A DNA stretch of 43,252 nt from Octopus sinensis (GCF_006345805.1 NW_021835041.1:1-43252), one strand, 5' to 3'; positions 21,676-34,459 are shown, numbered from the stretch's first letter. Notes: generated from the letters alone by a model not told the origin. A program made the numbers and translations.

Positions 21676-24552
21676 TTACTGACGAAATAGAAAGGGATAT
21701 AGCTTCACACGATGTAGAAAACAACTGGAGGTTTCTACGGGACAACCAGCTGAGGGCCACTGACCAGATCTGTGGATGGTGCAAAGTCCCCCCTTGACCC
21801 AAAATAACATAGTGGTGGAAGAATATTGTTGACAGGGCTATTAGACAAAAGAAACAGGTTTGGAAGGACTGGAAGAACGGTGGCAGCAGGGAAGTGTATC
21901 AGACTGCCAGAAGGGAAGCTAGGAGGCAGGTTTATTTAGCCAGAGGGGAAGCAGTTAAGAAAAAATTTGCCAATGTTCTGTGCCTTGAGGACCAAAGACT
22001 TGAGGTGTTTCATGATGTCGTTAGAGAGAAATGTGTTCGCATGGATGATGGTTCACTTGCACTAAACGAAGCTGCAAAGAGAGGTTTGGAGATGCCACTA
22101 TGAAATGTTGCTGAATAAGGAAAATGAATGGAAGAAAGAGAGTCTGCTGAATGTCGACACAACAGAGGGACCTGCTATCCGAGTTGACAGTACTTTGGTG
22201 GATAAAGCAATTAAGAGTATGAAGAGAGGGGAAAGCTCCTGGCCCACCAGGAATCACTGCAGAGATGCTCAAAATATCTGGTAATGTTGGCTATAGCCTA
22301 GTCACCTGTATATTTAACCAGCTGATACACGAAGAAGTCATACCCAATGACTGGTGTAGCAGCACTATAGCCAACTGATACAAAGGTAATGGTGACGCTT
22401 TAGATACAAATAATTACAGAGGTATCAAGTTGTTGGATCAGGTAATGAAGGTCACGGAGAGAGTCATAGCCCAACTAATTAGGGAGAGAGTCAGTTTAGA
22501 TGAGATGCAGTTTGGGTTCATGCCACGGAAGAGCAACACTGATGCTCTATTTCTGGTAAGACAGCTGCAGGAGAAATACCTAGCCCAAGATAAACCACTG
22601 TACCTGGCTTTTATTGACATGGAGAAAGCCTTTGACAGGGTCCCTCGATCCCTTCTCTGGTAAGTCAATGAGGAAACTAGGGATAGGTGAATGGTTAGTG
22701 AGAGCTGTGCAAGCCATGTGCAGGGACGCTGTGAGTAAGGTGAGGGTTGGTAACAAGTGCAGTGAAGAATTCCAAGTAGAGGTAGGGGTCCACCAAGGAT
22801 CAGTCCTCAGCCCCCTCCTATTTATTATAGTCCTCCAGGCAATAACAGAGGAATTCAAGACAGGATGCCCCCAGGAGCTCCTCTATGCTGACGACCTTGC
22901 TCTAATTGCTGAGTCACTATCAGAACTTGAGAAGTTTCAGGTGTGGAAACAAGGATTAGAATTGAACGGCCTTAGAGTCAGCCTAGCAAAAACAAAGTCC
23001 TAATAAGTAGGAAAGCAGGCAAACCACAAATCCCGTCAGGGAGATGGCCCTGCTCAATCTGTAGAAGAGGTGTAGGTAGAAACTCTATAAGATGTACCTA
23101 TAAGAGGTGCAGCAATATCAAAGGAAGGCTAACTGGGAAGACAGTTTTTGTATGTGGCAGATGCTCAGGAGCAATAAACACTGAAAATGTGCAGAGAACA
23201 ACTTCCACCACATTCCAGGGAGAAAAACTAGAAGTTAGCTTCCATTACCTATGGACACATAAGAGGTGCAGCAATGTCATAGGAAGGCTAACTAGGAAGA
23301 TGGTTTTTGTATGTGGCAGATGCTCGGGAGCATTAACCTCTGAAAATGTGCAGAAAACAACTTCCGTCACTTTCCAGGGAGAAAAACTAGAAGTAGTTGA
23401 TAGCTTCCGTTATCTTGGTGACCAAGTCAGTAGTGGGGGTGGGTGTGCTGAAAGTGTAATGGCTAGAGTAAGAATAACCTGGGCAAAGTTTAGGGAGCTC
23501 TTACCTCTGCTGGTGACTAAAGGCCTCTCGCTCAGAGTAAAAGGCAGACTGTATGATGCATGTGTACGAACAGCCATGCTACATGGCAGTGAAACATGGG
23601 CCGTGACTGCTGAGGACATGCGTAAGCTCGCGAGAAATGAAGCCAGTATGCTCCGATGGATGTGTAATGTCAGTGTGCATGCTCGACAGAGCGTTAGTAC
23701 CCTGAGAGAAATGTTGGACCTAAGGAGCATCAGTTGTGGTGTGCAAGAGAGACGATTGCGCTGGTATGGTCATGTGGCGAGAATGGATGAAGATAGGTGT
23801 GTGAAAAAGTGCCAATCCCTAACAGTGGAGGGAACCCGTGGAAGAGGTAGACCCAGGAAAACTTGGGACGAGGTGGTGAAGCACGACCTTCGAACTTTAG
23901 GTCTCACTGAGGAAATGACCAGCGACCGAGACCTTTGGAAATATGCTGTGCCTGAAAAGACCAGGCAGGACAAGTGAGTCCAGCCCACTTATGCATGCCT
24001 TTCCTCCCTTGGACACACAAAGACCTGTTGAGGCAAGCGAAGTCGATATCGAACCTCATCCGACGACAGGCACCTATGCTTGCGAAGACCTGTTGGGGCA
24101 AGTGAAATCGGAATCGAAATTGAACCAATCCTATGACTGGCACTCAGCAGATGCCAGGACCCCTGGACTGGAGATACGTAAAAAGCACTATCCGAATCGT
24201 GGCCGATGCCAGCGCCGCCTTGAATGGCTTCCGTGTCAGTGGCACGTAAAAAGCACCATCCGAATCGTGGCCGAAGCCAGTGCTGCCTCGACTGGCTTCC
24301 GTGCAGGTGGCACGTAAAATGCACCAATCCGACCGTGGCCGATGCCAGCCTCGCCTGGCACCAGTGCAGGTGGCACGTAAAAAGCACCCACTACACTCAC
24401 GGAGTAGTTGGCGTTAGGATGGGCATCCAGCTGTAGAAACATTGCCAGATAAGTCCGGAGCCTGGTGCAGCCTTCTGGCTTCCCAGATCCCCGGTCGAAC
24501 CGTCCAACCCATGCTAGCATGGAGAACAGACGTTAAACGATGATGATGATGA

Positions 24553-24556
<4 letters not shown>
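21676..24556 (+). mobile_element. RTE-clade LINE (RT, PHD-like finger, C-terminus, 3' UTR); composite of an older 5' part and a better-preserved 3' part
   Basis: NYRGIKLL, MQFGF, FIDMEKAFDRVP, GVHQGSVLSPLLF, LLYADDL (about 22878-22898); open frame to the stop at 23977; (GAT)n tail. Confidence 0.95.
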
Positions 24557-24623
<67 letters not shown>

Positions 24624-24632
24624 GTTCCCTAT

Positions 24633-24755
24633 AACCTCTGACGAGGCCTATGGTTATATATATAAGTACCCTACAACCTCATTATGTTGACAACTATAGG
24701 CAATAAATATAAAAATAACTAATTTTAGCCATTGGCTGAAACAGCTGTAAGAAGT
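24633..24755 (+). ncRNA. Type I hammerhead ribozyme-like motif with intact core and long stem II
   Basis: CTGACGA 24638-24644, stem II ggcctatggtta / tagccattggct, GAAAC 24738-24742, palindromic stem III acagctgt, GUA triplet 24747-24749; stem I weak. Confidence 0.7.
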
Positions 24756-24959
24756 GATTCTAATGATTTCAATAGTTTATATTATGATTTTTATAATTTG
24801 TATTCTTCTCTTATATGTATTGAATTATAAGATATATATGTATGCTCTTGAGGTTCTCATTTTGCTAAATGAAGAAATAATCCAACATTCTAATATCCCA
24901 AAGTTGATGAACAAACTAAATTTGTTTCTCCATTTTCTTATTTGTATTATATATATATA

Positions 24960-25250
24960 TTTGTTGTGCAAAATTTTTGATGTGAAATCGTGTGTTGAAA
25001 CAGATATTGTTGTATTTAGGAATGGTCATTTTGCCAGTTTAGCCAATAAAATCACACACACTATATATTTGGTGTTACTTAGCTTCAGCGTTATTTATTA
25101 TTTACATTAATCTTAATCGTATTTCGGCCAGAGTTCTTTCGTCACACTCCTGTAACTGCATCAGTGGTCTTTTGCTTTCTTCTTTCTTATTTGTGTGTCT
25201 CTCCTTACTAACCGTCAGCCATTTTGTATTTCTATTGTATTTGTCTTCAT
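24960..25250 (-). mobile_element. Probable PLE terminal fragment with a degenerate hammerhead-like motif
   Basis: Minus strand cCTGATG-type core reading actgatgcagttacaggagtgtgacGAAAgaac at about 25130-25166, with stem gttac/gtgac. Confidence 0.4.
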
Positions 25251-25409
25251 TTGCGCATGCATATATCTTTATGTGCGTCTATGTTTAGTTAGTGTGTGTG
25301 TGTGGGGGGGGGAATGCCTGTAATATTTAATTCTTCTGTTTATATACGTTCATGTAATTTGTTTTTGTTTATTCTTATTTTGTTCGTGTTTACACCCACT
25401 TATTATTAA

Positions 25410-25442
<33 letters not shown>

Positions 25443-25670
25443 GTCTGTATAACAACAATAATAGTAATAATAATAATAATTTTTAAAAAATAAATAAAAA
25501 ATATATATATAAAAAATGTATATAGTTATTTATTTCCATTTGTTTATCTGTGTATTTTATTTTATTATGTTTTCAGTTTTGTTTATATTGTAAGCAGTTT
25601 ATGGGGATCCTCTTCTGTCATATGTTGTGGTGTGTGCTAGTGTTCCATTCCAGTTTCCTACTCACATAAT

Positions 25671-28013
25671 CATCATTGTCTAATGTTTGTTTTCTACTCT
25701 GGCATGCTTTGGAAGGTTTGACTGTGGTCTGGAGAACCAGCAGCTGCACCAGGCTCCGATCTGATATGACAACGTTGCTACAGCTGGATGCCCTTCCTAA
25801 AGACAACCACTCCGAGAGTGTAGTGGGTGCTTTTTATGTTTCACCGGCACAGGAGCCAGTGAGGCGGCCACTCACCACAGCTATGATTTTGGTTTTACTT
25901 GACTCAAGCATATCATATCGCCTGACACATCAATAGTACACTTAAATTAGCCGGCCATGCAACACTGGTATCGGCTATGGCTACAATCCCACTTTAGTTG
26001 CTGGGTTTTCTCATTCACAGCATATCTCCAAAGGACTCGATTTCCTGTCATTGCCTTTGTGAGGCCCAATGTTCGGAGGTCATGCTTTACATCATTCCAT
26101 GTCTCCCTGGATCTTCCTCTTCCATAAGTTCCTTTCATAGTTAGGATGTGACACTTCCTCACACAGCTCTCCTCATCCACATGTAATACATGACCATGCC
26201 AGTGCAGTCGTCTCTCTTGCACACCATGTTTGATGCTTCTTATGTCCAATTTTTCTCTCAGGGTGCTCACACTCTCTCGTGTTTGCACACTAACATTACA
26301 CATCCAGCAGATCTTACTAGCTTCCTTTCTTTCAAGCCTATGCATGTCCTCGCCAGTCATGGCCCATGTTTAACTGCTGTGTAGCATGGCAGTTCACACA
26401 CATGCTTCATACAGTCTACTTTTCATCCTGAGTGAGAGGCCCTTATTTGCCAGCAGAGGTTGGAGCTTACTGAGCATTACCCAACCTATTCTTATTCTAG
26501 GCCATACACTCTCAGAGCAGCCACCTACCACTTCAGACTTGGTCACCTAGTTAGTGCAAGCTATCACCTACTTCTAGTTTTCCCCTGGCATGTGATGGAA
26601 TCTGTTTATCTGTACATCTTCAGTGTTAATTGCTTCTTTGCATATGTCACACACAAAACCTATCTTCCCAGTTAACCTGCCTTTGATGTTGTTGCACCTT
26701 TTATGTGTCCATAGCGTACACAGGGTACATCGTATGGAGTTTCTAATCATGCCTTTTCTACAGATCAAGCTGGGCCATCTACCTGAAGGAGTGTGTGATT
26801 TGTTAGTCTTTCTATTTACTAAAACTTTGGTTTTTGCTAGGTTAACCCTAAGTCCCTTTGATTCTAGATTTTGCTTCCACACCCTAAACTTCGCCTCTAG
26901 TTATGGTAGTGACTCGGCTAGTAGAGCAAGGTCATCAGCATAGAGGAGGTCCCAGAGGCATCTTGTTTTGGTTTCCTCTGTTATTGCCTGGAAGACTATG
27001 ATGAATAAGAGGGGTTGAGGACTGATCCTTGGTGAATCCCTAGTTTTCCTGGAATTCTTCACCATACTCATTGCCAACCTTCACCTTACTGACAACATCC
27101 CTGTACACGGCTTATACACCTCTTACCAACCACTTGTCAATCCCTAGTTTCTGCATTGCCCACCAGAAAAGGGATCTAAGGACCCTGTGAAAGGCTTTCC
27201 CCAAGTCAGTAAAAGCCAAGTACAAAGGTTTGTCTTTGACTAGATATTTCTCTTGCAGTTGCCTTACCAGAAATATAGCATCAGTGGTGCTTCTGCCTGG
27301 CATAGAACCAAACTGCATCTCATCTTGGCTAACTCTCTCCCTAATTAATTGGGCTATGACCCTCTCTGTAACTTTCATCACATGATCCAACAATTTGATA
27401 TCCCTATAGTTATTTCTATCTAAGAATCACTTTTACCTTTGTAGCAGTTGACTAAGGTACTGCTACACCAGTCATTGTATATGACTCCTTCATAAACCAC
27501 CTAATTTATAATGCAGATGACAAGACCATAACCCACACTGCCCGATATTTTAAGCATCTCAGTGGTGATTCTTAATGAGCCAGGTACTTTCCCTGTCTTC
27601 GTATCCTTAATTGCTTTATGTCAATTCAGGTAACTGTTCCCCCAGTTGGGTCAACTTTTGGCTGACTCACCTCCTCCCATTCATTCTCCACATTCAGCAA
27701 TCTTTCGTAATGGCCTCTCCAAGCCTCTTTATTTGCAGAATCATTAAACACAAGGGCACAATCATCGATAAGGACACATTTCTCTCCTATGGCATCACTG
27801 TTTTCTTACATGCTGTCCTACAATCCAAAATATTTCAGTTCTTTGGTCCTTACATCGCTGAACATTGGCACACTTCTTTTCTGCTGCTCCTTTGGCTACA
27901 TATACCTGTCTCCTTGCTTCTCTTTTGGCTATCTCATACAGTCCCCTGCTACCCCCGCTCTTCCAGGCCTGTTTCTCTGCTCTGATGGCCCTGTCTATGG
28001 TATTGTTCCACCA
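25671..28013 (-). mobile_element. RTE-clade LINE, 5'-truncated and decayed
   Basis: MQFGSMPGRSTTDAIFLVRQLQEKY, YADD at about 26931-26942, degenerate PHD-like segment, ERRLHWHGHV and the family 3' tail. Confidence 0.92.
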
Positions 28014-28039
28014 ACAATATATATAATATATATATTGGG

Positions 28040-29245
28040 AAAAATAAGGTACTTAGAGATCTGGATGGTTGTACATATACAAATATTTATTAACTTGTCA
28101 CATGTTTTTACAAATCACATATAAGGGCTTTCATCTACTCTAATAGATTTTTCAGATTTAAATTTTGTGAAGGGATTTGTCTTTTTTTATAGAAGTGAAT
28201 GGGTTGGGATGGAGAGAGAGAGAGGGGAAAGAAGATTAATGTGGAGTGTATAGGGTAGGAAAAGAGGGAGAGGAATTGGGAGATAGTGGGGGAAGAAAGT
28301 GATAGTGTGTGTATGCTTGCATGTGTGTGTGTGTCTGTGTATCTGAAAGGAAGCGTTTTGAACAAGAGACAAAGAGAAAAGGGAAAGAATATAAATTTTT
28401 AAGTAAGTGGCTAGAACAGATACTTACTTTGGTTCAGCCAGCTTGCCAGGGGTTCTGAAAGAAAAATGTTTTCAAAGTGAAAAAATGTGTTTTTTCTTAA
28501 TGTCTATGGAAAAGAGAAAGAAAGATGACAAGTTGATTCTTGGTCTGTAAAAATGGCAAGACCAGGTGGTTATTCTAAGGGAGATCTGTTTTGATGAGGA
28601 AAAATGAAAGTTATTTTTCAAAAAATTGTCTGGACTGATTATCATTATCATCATCATTGTCCAGTGCTTGATTCCCATGCTGGTATGGGTTGGAAAATCT
28701 GGATGCAAGAATATTTCTATTTATGTATAAACATACACACACAGACACATATGCATATATCTTAGGGTTCCAAGTGGGTTTATAAGGAAGTTGAGGTGAT
28801 TTTCATATTTTCAGCCATTCAGTTTGGGGGAGAATTTTGCTATGAAGTGTTCCATATTTTATCTGAAGATGGTATCATTCCTTAGGCATTTATAGAAGGG
28901 AAAGATCTTGAATCTTCCTTCTCCACATGTTTCTAAGTGTTTATGTAATGGAATTTTTTGTAACTCTCCCTGTCGGATATGTTGTCAGTGAACTCTGGCT
29001 CGTTGGCATAAAGAATTGCCGTGGGACAGGTTAGGCAATATATTAAGTTTTGTGTCTTGCAATTCATGTTTGCATTTCCTTTGAATGTGTGTCCACTCTT
29101 AAATTTTATTTGGTTGTTTTCCTCTATATGTTTGTAGACGGGGTTACTGCAGATCACACATCTACTATCTCCACATTCCACATTCTTTCACAAAGAATTC
29201 AGTTTCAGTCTCTGGTGAGAATTTTGCTCTTGTCAGTTGTTTTTT
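28040..29245 (-). mobile_element. Penelope-like element (Neptune-type) 3' part, with a small RTE-tail insert near 28640-28710
   Basis: ECGDSRCVIC..NMNCKTQNLIYCLTCPT Cys-rich linker and start of GIY-YIG; FIAKFSPKLN C-terminus near 28820-28850; pyrimidine-rich UTR. Confidence 0.7.
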
Positions 29246-29273
29246 CAATTGTGTGTGTGTATATATATATATA

Positions 29274-31354
29274 TCTCTATATATAAAACTGAAATGCGTT
29301 TTTACCACTTGGATCGCTTTCAATGCCACCACATCCCGTCCGATTCGCTCCAAAATTTACAGGGACATGTAGAATGAGGTGACGATGCCCGTGGGCTACC
29401 TTAGAAATCCCTATCTTAAAAGGTGTGGTTGCTAGGGGCCATCTTCCTCACTCACGCTATTTCCTCCATTACCCTCTCACTCCCCTTCATTTATAACTTT
29501 GACAAGTCCACAACCGTTATTTAAAGTGTCTGTCTTCCTAAAATCAATCTCGCTATTTCCTCTCTTTTTCACTCACTCTGTTTCCTTACCTTCCCATCAC
29601 GTCGGCGTTCTTTTATGTATCTGTCTGTCACCAACAACATACGAGCATGAGAACAAATATTATGAATCAGATATTCTTGCGTTCATTTATATGTGTGTGT
29701 GTTCTATATATAAATCATCATCATCATCATTTAACGTCCGTTTTCCGCGCTGTGTGTGTGTGTGTGTGTGTTCTATATATAAATATGTATATATAATGTG
29801 TGTGTGTTCTATATATAAATATGTATATATAATGTATATTTACAAAGTGTATATATCTGTATTTATGTATATTAAACTTTTTCATACTTTCTCATAGTTA
29901 TATATATTTTTAAACAATTATAAATATAATTTAATAATTTTTATTTTCAATTTAAATAATTCAAATTTTTCAATTTTATATTTTATATATTTTCTATATT
30001 ATATATTTTTTTATGTTTTTGTTTTTGGTTTTTCACTGTTTGATTTGCCTATTAATGGTTTTATCTCTAATTTAATTAATACAGATATATATCTCATTTG
30101 TATACATTTGTATATATAATGCGTGCACACACACACATATATATACACACATATATATATATATAATGTGTGCATTACGTAGTCGGTCAATTCAGCTGAA
30201 AATATGCACACCTATGCTAAAAGTGCTGGCAAGTTTGCATGACAACTATTTTTTTCCTCAAATGAAAGGCGTCACCTCTAGGACAAAATTCCTCATCTTA
30301 TAAAATGTGGCCCCAGTAGACCCGAATGAAATCGGGTTATATTAACCAAAATGTGAAAAGGGTCTAAATGGGGCTGGAAGGGGATTAAAATTTCAAGGAG
30401 CGGGTGTTTAGGAATTTTCTGTTACATCAAGCTAAAAAATTTGCGCCAGCCTTTTAATCGTCAATGTGTTGCCGTCCATGATAAAGAAGTTTTGAATGCT
30501 TGCCATGGTGAGTCTACTGTCGTGAAAAAGAATCACTTCAAAACTTGGTGTTTACGAATTTTCTTTTACATCAAGTTCAAAATTTTACACCAGCCGTTAA
30601 ACTGTCAATACGTTGCTGTCCATCGTTAAGAAATGTCAGCCATGGTGACTCTACTATCCTCAGATTCTATCCCTTCAAACTTTGGTTTCCAATATTTTAT
30701 TATTTTTATTCAGCTCGCAAGTTCGTCTGTCCATTTTAAATGTTAGCGTTTTGCTGTCTGCCTTGAAGCAGACCTTTCCGTTGCCAATGCCTGATATTTA
30801 TGATTGATCTTTCTAAATATTTTATTTCTCAACTTACTCAAGATCTTCTGTTGTTTATAAATGGGAGAGAGATAGATAAAGATAGAGAGTAAGAGAAAGC
30901 GAGGGAGAGTCCAAGAGAAAAGAAAAGTATGAGAGTGGGAAAGTGAGAGAGAAAGGAGAGAAACAAAGAGGGATAATCATCATTATCATCATCGTTTAAC
31001 GTCCATTTTCCGTGCTAGCACTGGTTGGACAGTTTGACCGGGGTCTGGGAAGCCAGGAGGCTGCACCAGGCCCCGGTCTGATCTGGCAGTGTTTCTACAG
31101 GTGGATGACCTTCCTAACACCAACAACTCTGTGAGTGTAGTGGGTGCTTTTTTCGTGCCGCCGGCACAGGTGCCAGGGGGGCTCACAGCAGCAACGATCG
31201 GTTGGTACTTTTTACGTGCCACCAGCACAGGAGCAAGTCAAGGCAGCGCTGCAATCGGCCACGTTCAGATGGTGCTTTTTACGTGCTGAAAGGAAGCAAC
31301 AGAAAGTAACAACCACACTCTTACCCATGCGTAGAGCGGGTCACCTTCAGCTAG
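29274..31354 (+). mobile_element. Non-autonomous Helitron with nested inserts
   Basis: 5' tctctatatataaaactg at 29274; hairpin acccatgc..gcgggt at 31323-31341; CTAG at 31351-31354 followed by T; internal diverged repeats of about 140 bp at 30408-30760. Confidence 0.75.
30975..31287 (-). mobile_element. Orphan RTE 3' tail
   Basis: (ATC)n followed by the reverse complement of the RTE terminal block and gcacgtaaaaagcacc-type units. Confidence 0.85.
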
Positions 31355-31367
31355 TATATATATATAT

Positions 31368-31474
31368 ATCATCATCATCATCATCATCGTTTAGCGTCCG
31401 TTTTCCATGCTAGCATGGGTTGGATGGTTCTACTGGGGTCTGTGAAGCCAGAAGGCTTCATCAGGCCCAGTCAA
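31368..31474 (-). mobile_element. Very short orphan RTE 3' tail
   Basis: (ATC)n plus about 85 bp matching the reverse complement of 1360-1453. Confidence 0.8.
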
Positions 31475-31551
31475 ATATATATATATATATATAACACATA
31501 TATAACACACACACACACACATATATATATGTATAAAATTACAATTTAGGG

Positions 31552-31708
31552 TATCTAAGAGATACCACCATGCTGGAAATAGCAGTCAAAACTTGACTAT
31601 AAAACCACATTAAATGTTCATACAGCAGCAGGAGCTGTATGAACATTTAATGTGGTCTTAAAGTCAAGTTTTGATTGCTATTTCCAGTGTGGTGGTATCT
31701 CTTAGATA
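31552..31708. repeat. Fold-back hairpin with arms of about 75 bp
   Basis: tatctaagagataccacc..catacagc / gctgtatg..ggtggtatctcttagata around a 7-nt loop. Confidence 0.9.
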
Positions 31709-31838
31709 TATATATATAAAATTATAATTTTAAATAATTATTACCTTTGAAGGTTTTTATTCATGCTGACCACCTAATAAGATGAGTATTTAAATATCGA
31801 TATTATTCTTATTTATATAAATTCATATATATATAGAT

Positions 31839-31894
<56 letters not shown>

Positions 31895-32058
31895 GGAAAT
31901 AATTTTATTCTCAAACACAGGATGATGCTAATAATATAGCATGAGCAAGATAAACTCTTCATATTTTGCCGAAAAATCTGTCTGCAAAATATAGATAGTT
32001 TATCCTGTTCATGCTATATTATTAGCATTGTCCTGTGTTTCACAATAAAATTATTTCC
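31895..32058. repeat. Fold-back hairpin with arms of about 75 bp
   Basis: ggaaataattttatt..atattttgc / gcaaaatat..aataaaattatttcc. Confidence 0.9.
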
Positions 32059-32174
32059 TTATCTGTATTTTTCAACACATCTCAATGCTTTTAAAGCAAA
32101 CTTTGTTTTTGTTGACTTTCATCGTAAGTTGAATTTAATATATATATATATACACATACATATATATATATATA

Positions 32175-33900
32175 CTAGCAGAGATACCAAACTTCGCCTG
32201 TGTCACATGCAATTAAAGAATTAGATTTTTCTTTTATATTTTCTCTAATGAACTGGAATACCTGTGATTCAAATTTCATCGAAATTGAAGATTAAGAATT
32301 TTAATGAGGGTTCTTTCCCTCTTTACACACCCTAATAAAAATTCTAATTATGACATATTTATCCCATACAACTCATCTTAATGCCCAGATTCCAAAATCC
32401 AAATCTTATAAAAGCTATTCAAAGTTTTTGCTCCTGAAAAATGGAGCACATGGAGCTCGAAATTTTGGGAGTTAAGGCCCCTGTTAGTGGGGTGGGGTCT
32501 TAAAATCAAGCAAAGAAGTTTTTTGGAAATCTTTTTTAACTTGTGTCTTATATCTTTTGTTCAAATTTTTTTGAAATTAGAAAAATATGAATGTTCACCA
32601 GGTTTGTAAAAGAGAGCAAAGCTACAGGAAACCAAAAGACAAATGATCATAATAAGCAGTCAGTTACCCTACCCTAGTCATTACTACTCCCCAATTTAGG
32701 ATTGCTCACCATACAGGTAACTGGCACAGCTGTAAGATGCATTACGGATCTATAGCAGTTGGAAGGGCATGATCCAACTCAAATAAACATTAACAACTGT
32801 GTGTTATGAGGGCTAAGGGGAAATGAAAGCATTACTTCTGCAGTTTGCCAATTATCAATATGCCAATAGATGACTGTACAGAATAAATTTGCAATCCATA
32901 AATCTCTTTGAATGACCAATCTCTTATCTGGAAAGGCCTTGAAATCAATGTTACCATCTGGGGACTATCTCTGACCCAATGATAATAAAAAGACTCAAAG
33001 GAGGTTTGCAACCAAATAATTTTACTCAAAATAACACTTTGCAACTGAACCAGTGGAGGCAAAGATGCCTCTTCCTTACCTGACATTGCAGAAATCACAA
33101 TCTAAGTATATCTCAAAGCAAACTCTTACACTTTTGTTCCATTGAATTACAAATAATGCTCATCTTGTATGCTCGGATGACTCTACAGCTTCCAAGACTA
33201 CAATTGTATTCGTCTTGACTTAGGAAAAATGACTAAATTGTTGGGGTTAAGCCCCTACTAAGGGGTCTTACTAACTCCTAAGAAGTTGAAATTTTAGGAA
33301 TATTACTTCATTTGTGTCTAATATCTATGGTTAAAATTTCATCAACAGCAAAATTATATGAATTTTCATGGGGGTTATGGCCTCATTTATGCCCACTCAC
33401 TTTCAAGCATATACTGCATTACATCTGTCCTTATGCATAGAATATAATTTACAAATTTCATGTACTTTTGACCTAGTTTTGGATCAAGAAAAATGACTAA
33501 AATTTGGGAGTTAAGGCCCTCATTAGGGGATCTTAGAATCTTCATGAGAAGCGGAAATTTTGGGAATACTTCTTGATATGTGTCAATTACCTATGGTTGA
33601 AATTACATCAACATCAGAAATTTATGAATCTTCATGGGGGTTCTACCCCGTTTAAGACACCAAATTCAAACCAAACATACTGCATTATACCCGCCCTTAT
33701 GCATTGACTCTAAGTTCCAGATATCATAAGGATCCAGTCAGTAATTTTGGTCCATGGAATTGTATGAAACATACAGCATTACCCTTCTCCTTAGGCTTGG
33801 ATTTTGTGTTTGAAATTTCATTAGGATCAGTGCAGTAGTTTTCGAATGTATGAGTAACACACGAACACACGTAAAGACATTGACTTTTATATAATAAATA
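32175..33900 (-). mobile_element. Non-autonomous Helitron with internal diverged repeats of about 265 bp
   Basis: CTAG at 32175-32178; 3' region similar to 18789-18830; 5' ..ttatataaaagtcaatgtc near 33895; repeated aaaaatgactaaa..gttaag(g)ccc blocks near 32440, 33225 and 33490. Confidence 0.7.
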
Positions 33901-34059
33901 TATATATATGCACATATACATGCATGTATATATGTATGTGTGTGTGTGTGTGTGTGTGTATATATTATATACATATATATATACACAGAAAGAAATTGAT
34001 AGCTACTGTTGAGTGGGCAAAAAAAACGTGAAACATAGCCTTGAAGAATTTTGTGTCAA

Positions 34060-34400
34060 ATGAATCAACCCCAGTGTCTTTTTGTTATTTTTGTTAAACC
34101 TGGTATGTATTGTATCGGTCTCTTGTTGTCAAAACAGTAAGTTATGGGGATGTAAATAAACCAATACCAATTGTTAAGCAATGACGAGGGAGAAACACAG
34201 ACAGAAAGACACATACACTTACATATATACATACATATATATATGATGAATTTCTTTCAGTTTCTGTCTACCAAATCCACTAACAAGGCTTTGGTTGGTC
34301 TGAGGCTATAGCAGAAGACATGCCAAGTTACCACACAGTGGGACTGAATCCAGAACCGTGTGCTTTGGAACCAAGTTTCTTACCACTCAGCCACACCTGT
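34060..34400 (-). mobile_element. tRNA-derived SINE, diverged copy of the 614-1000 family
   Basis: Minus-strand head acaggtgtggctgagtggtaag and central gtggatttggtagacagaaactgaaagaa. Confidence 0.8.
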
Positions 34401-34402
34401 AC

Positions 34403-34459
<57 letters not shown>

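Noticed and set aside
24170-24395. Repeat-spacer pattern (gtggcacgtaaaagcacc) resembling a CRISPR array, also near 1153-1297 and 9880-10150
   Set aside because: Spacers are related to one another, the array lies in a LINE 3' UTR in eukaryotic DNA and no cas genes are present.
31440-31470. Minus-strand ctgatgaagccttctggct as a hammerhead
   Set aside because: It is the RTE tail stem-loop; no GAAA follows, and other copies read ctggtgcagcc or ctgatgcagcc.
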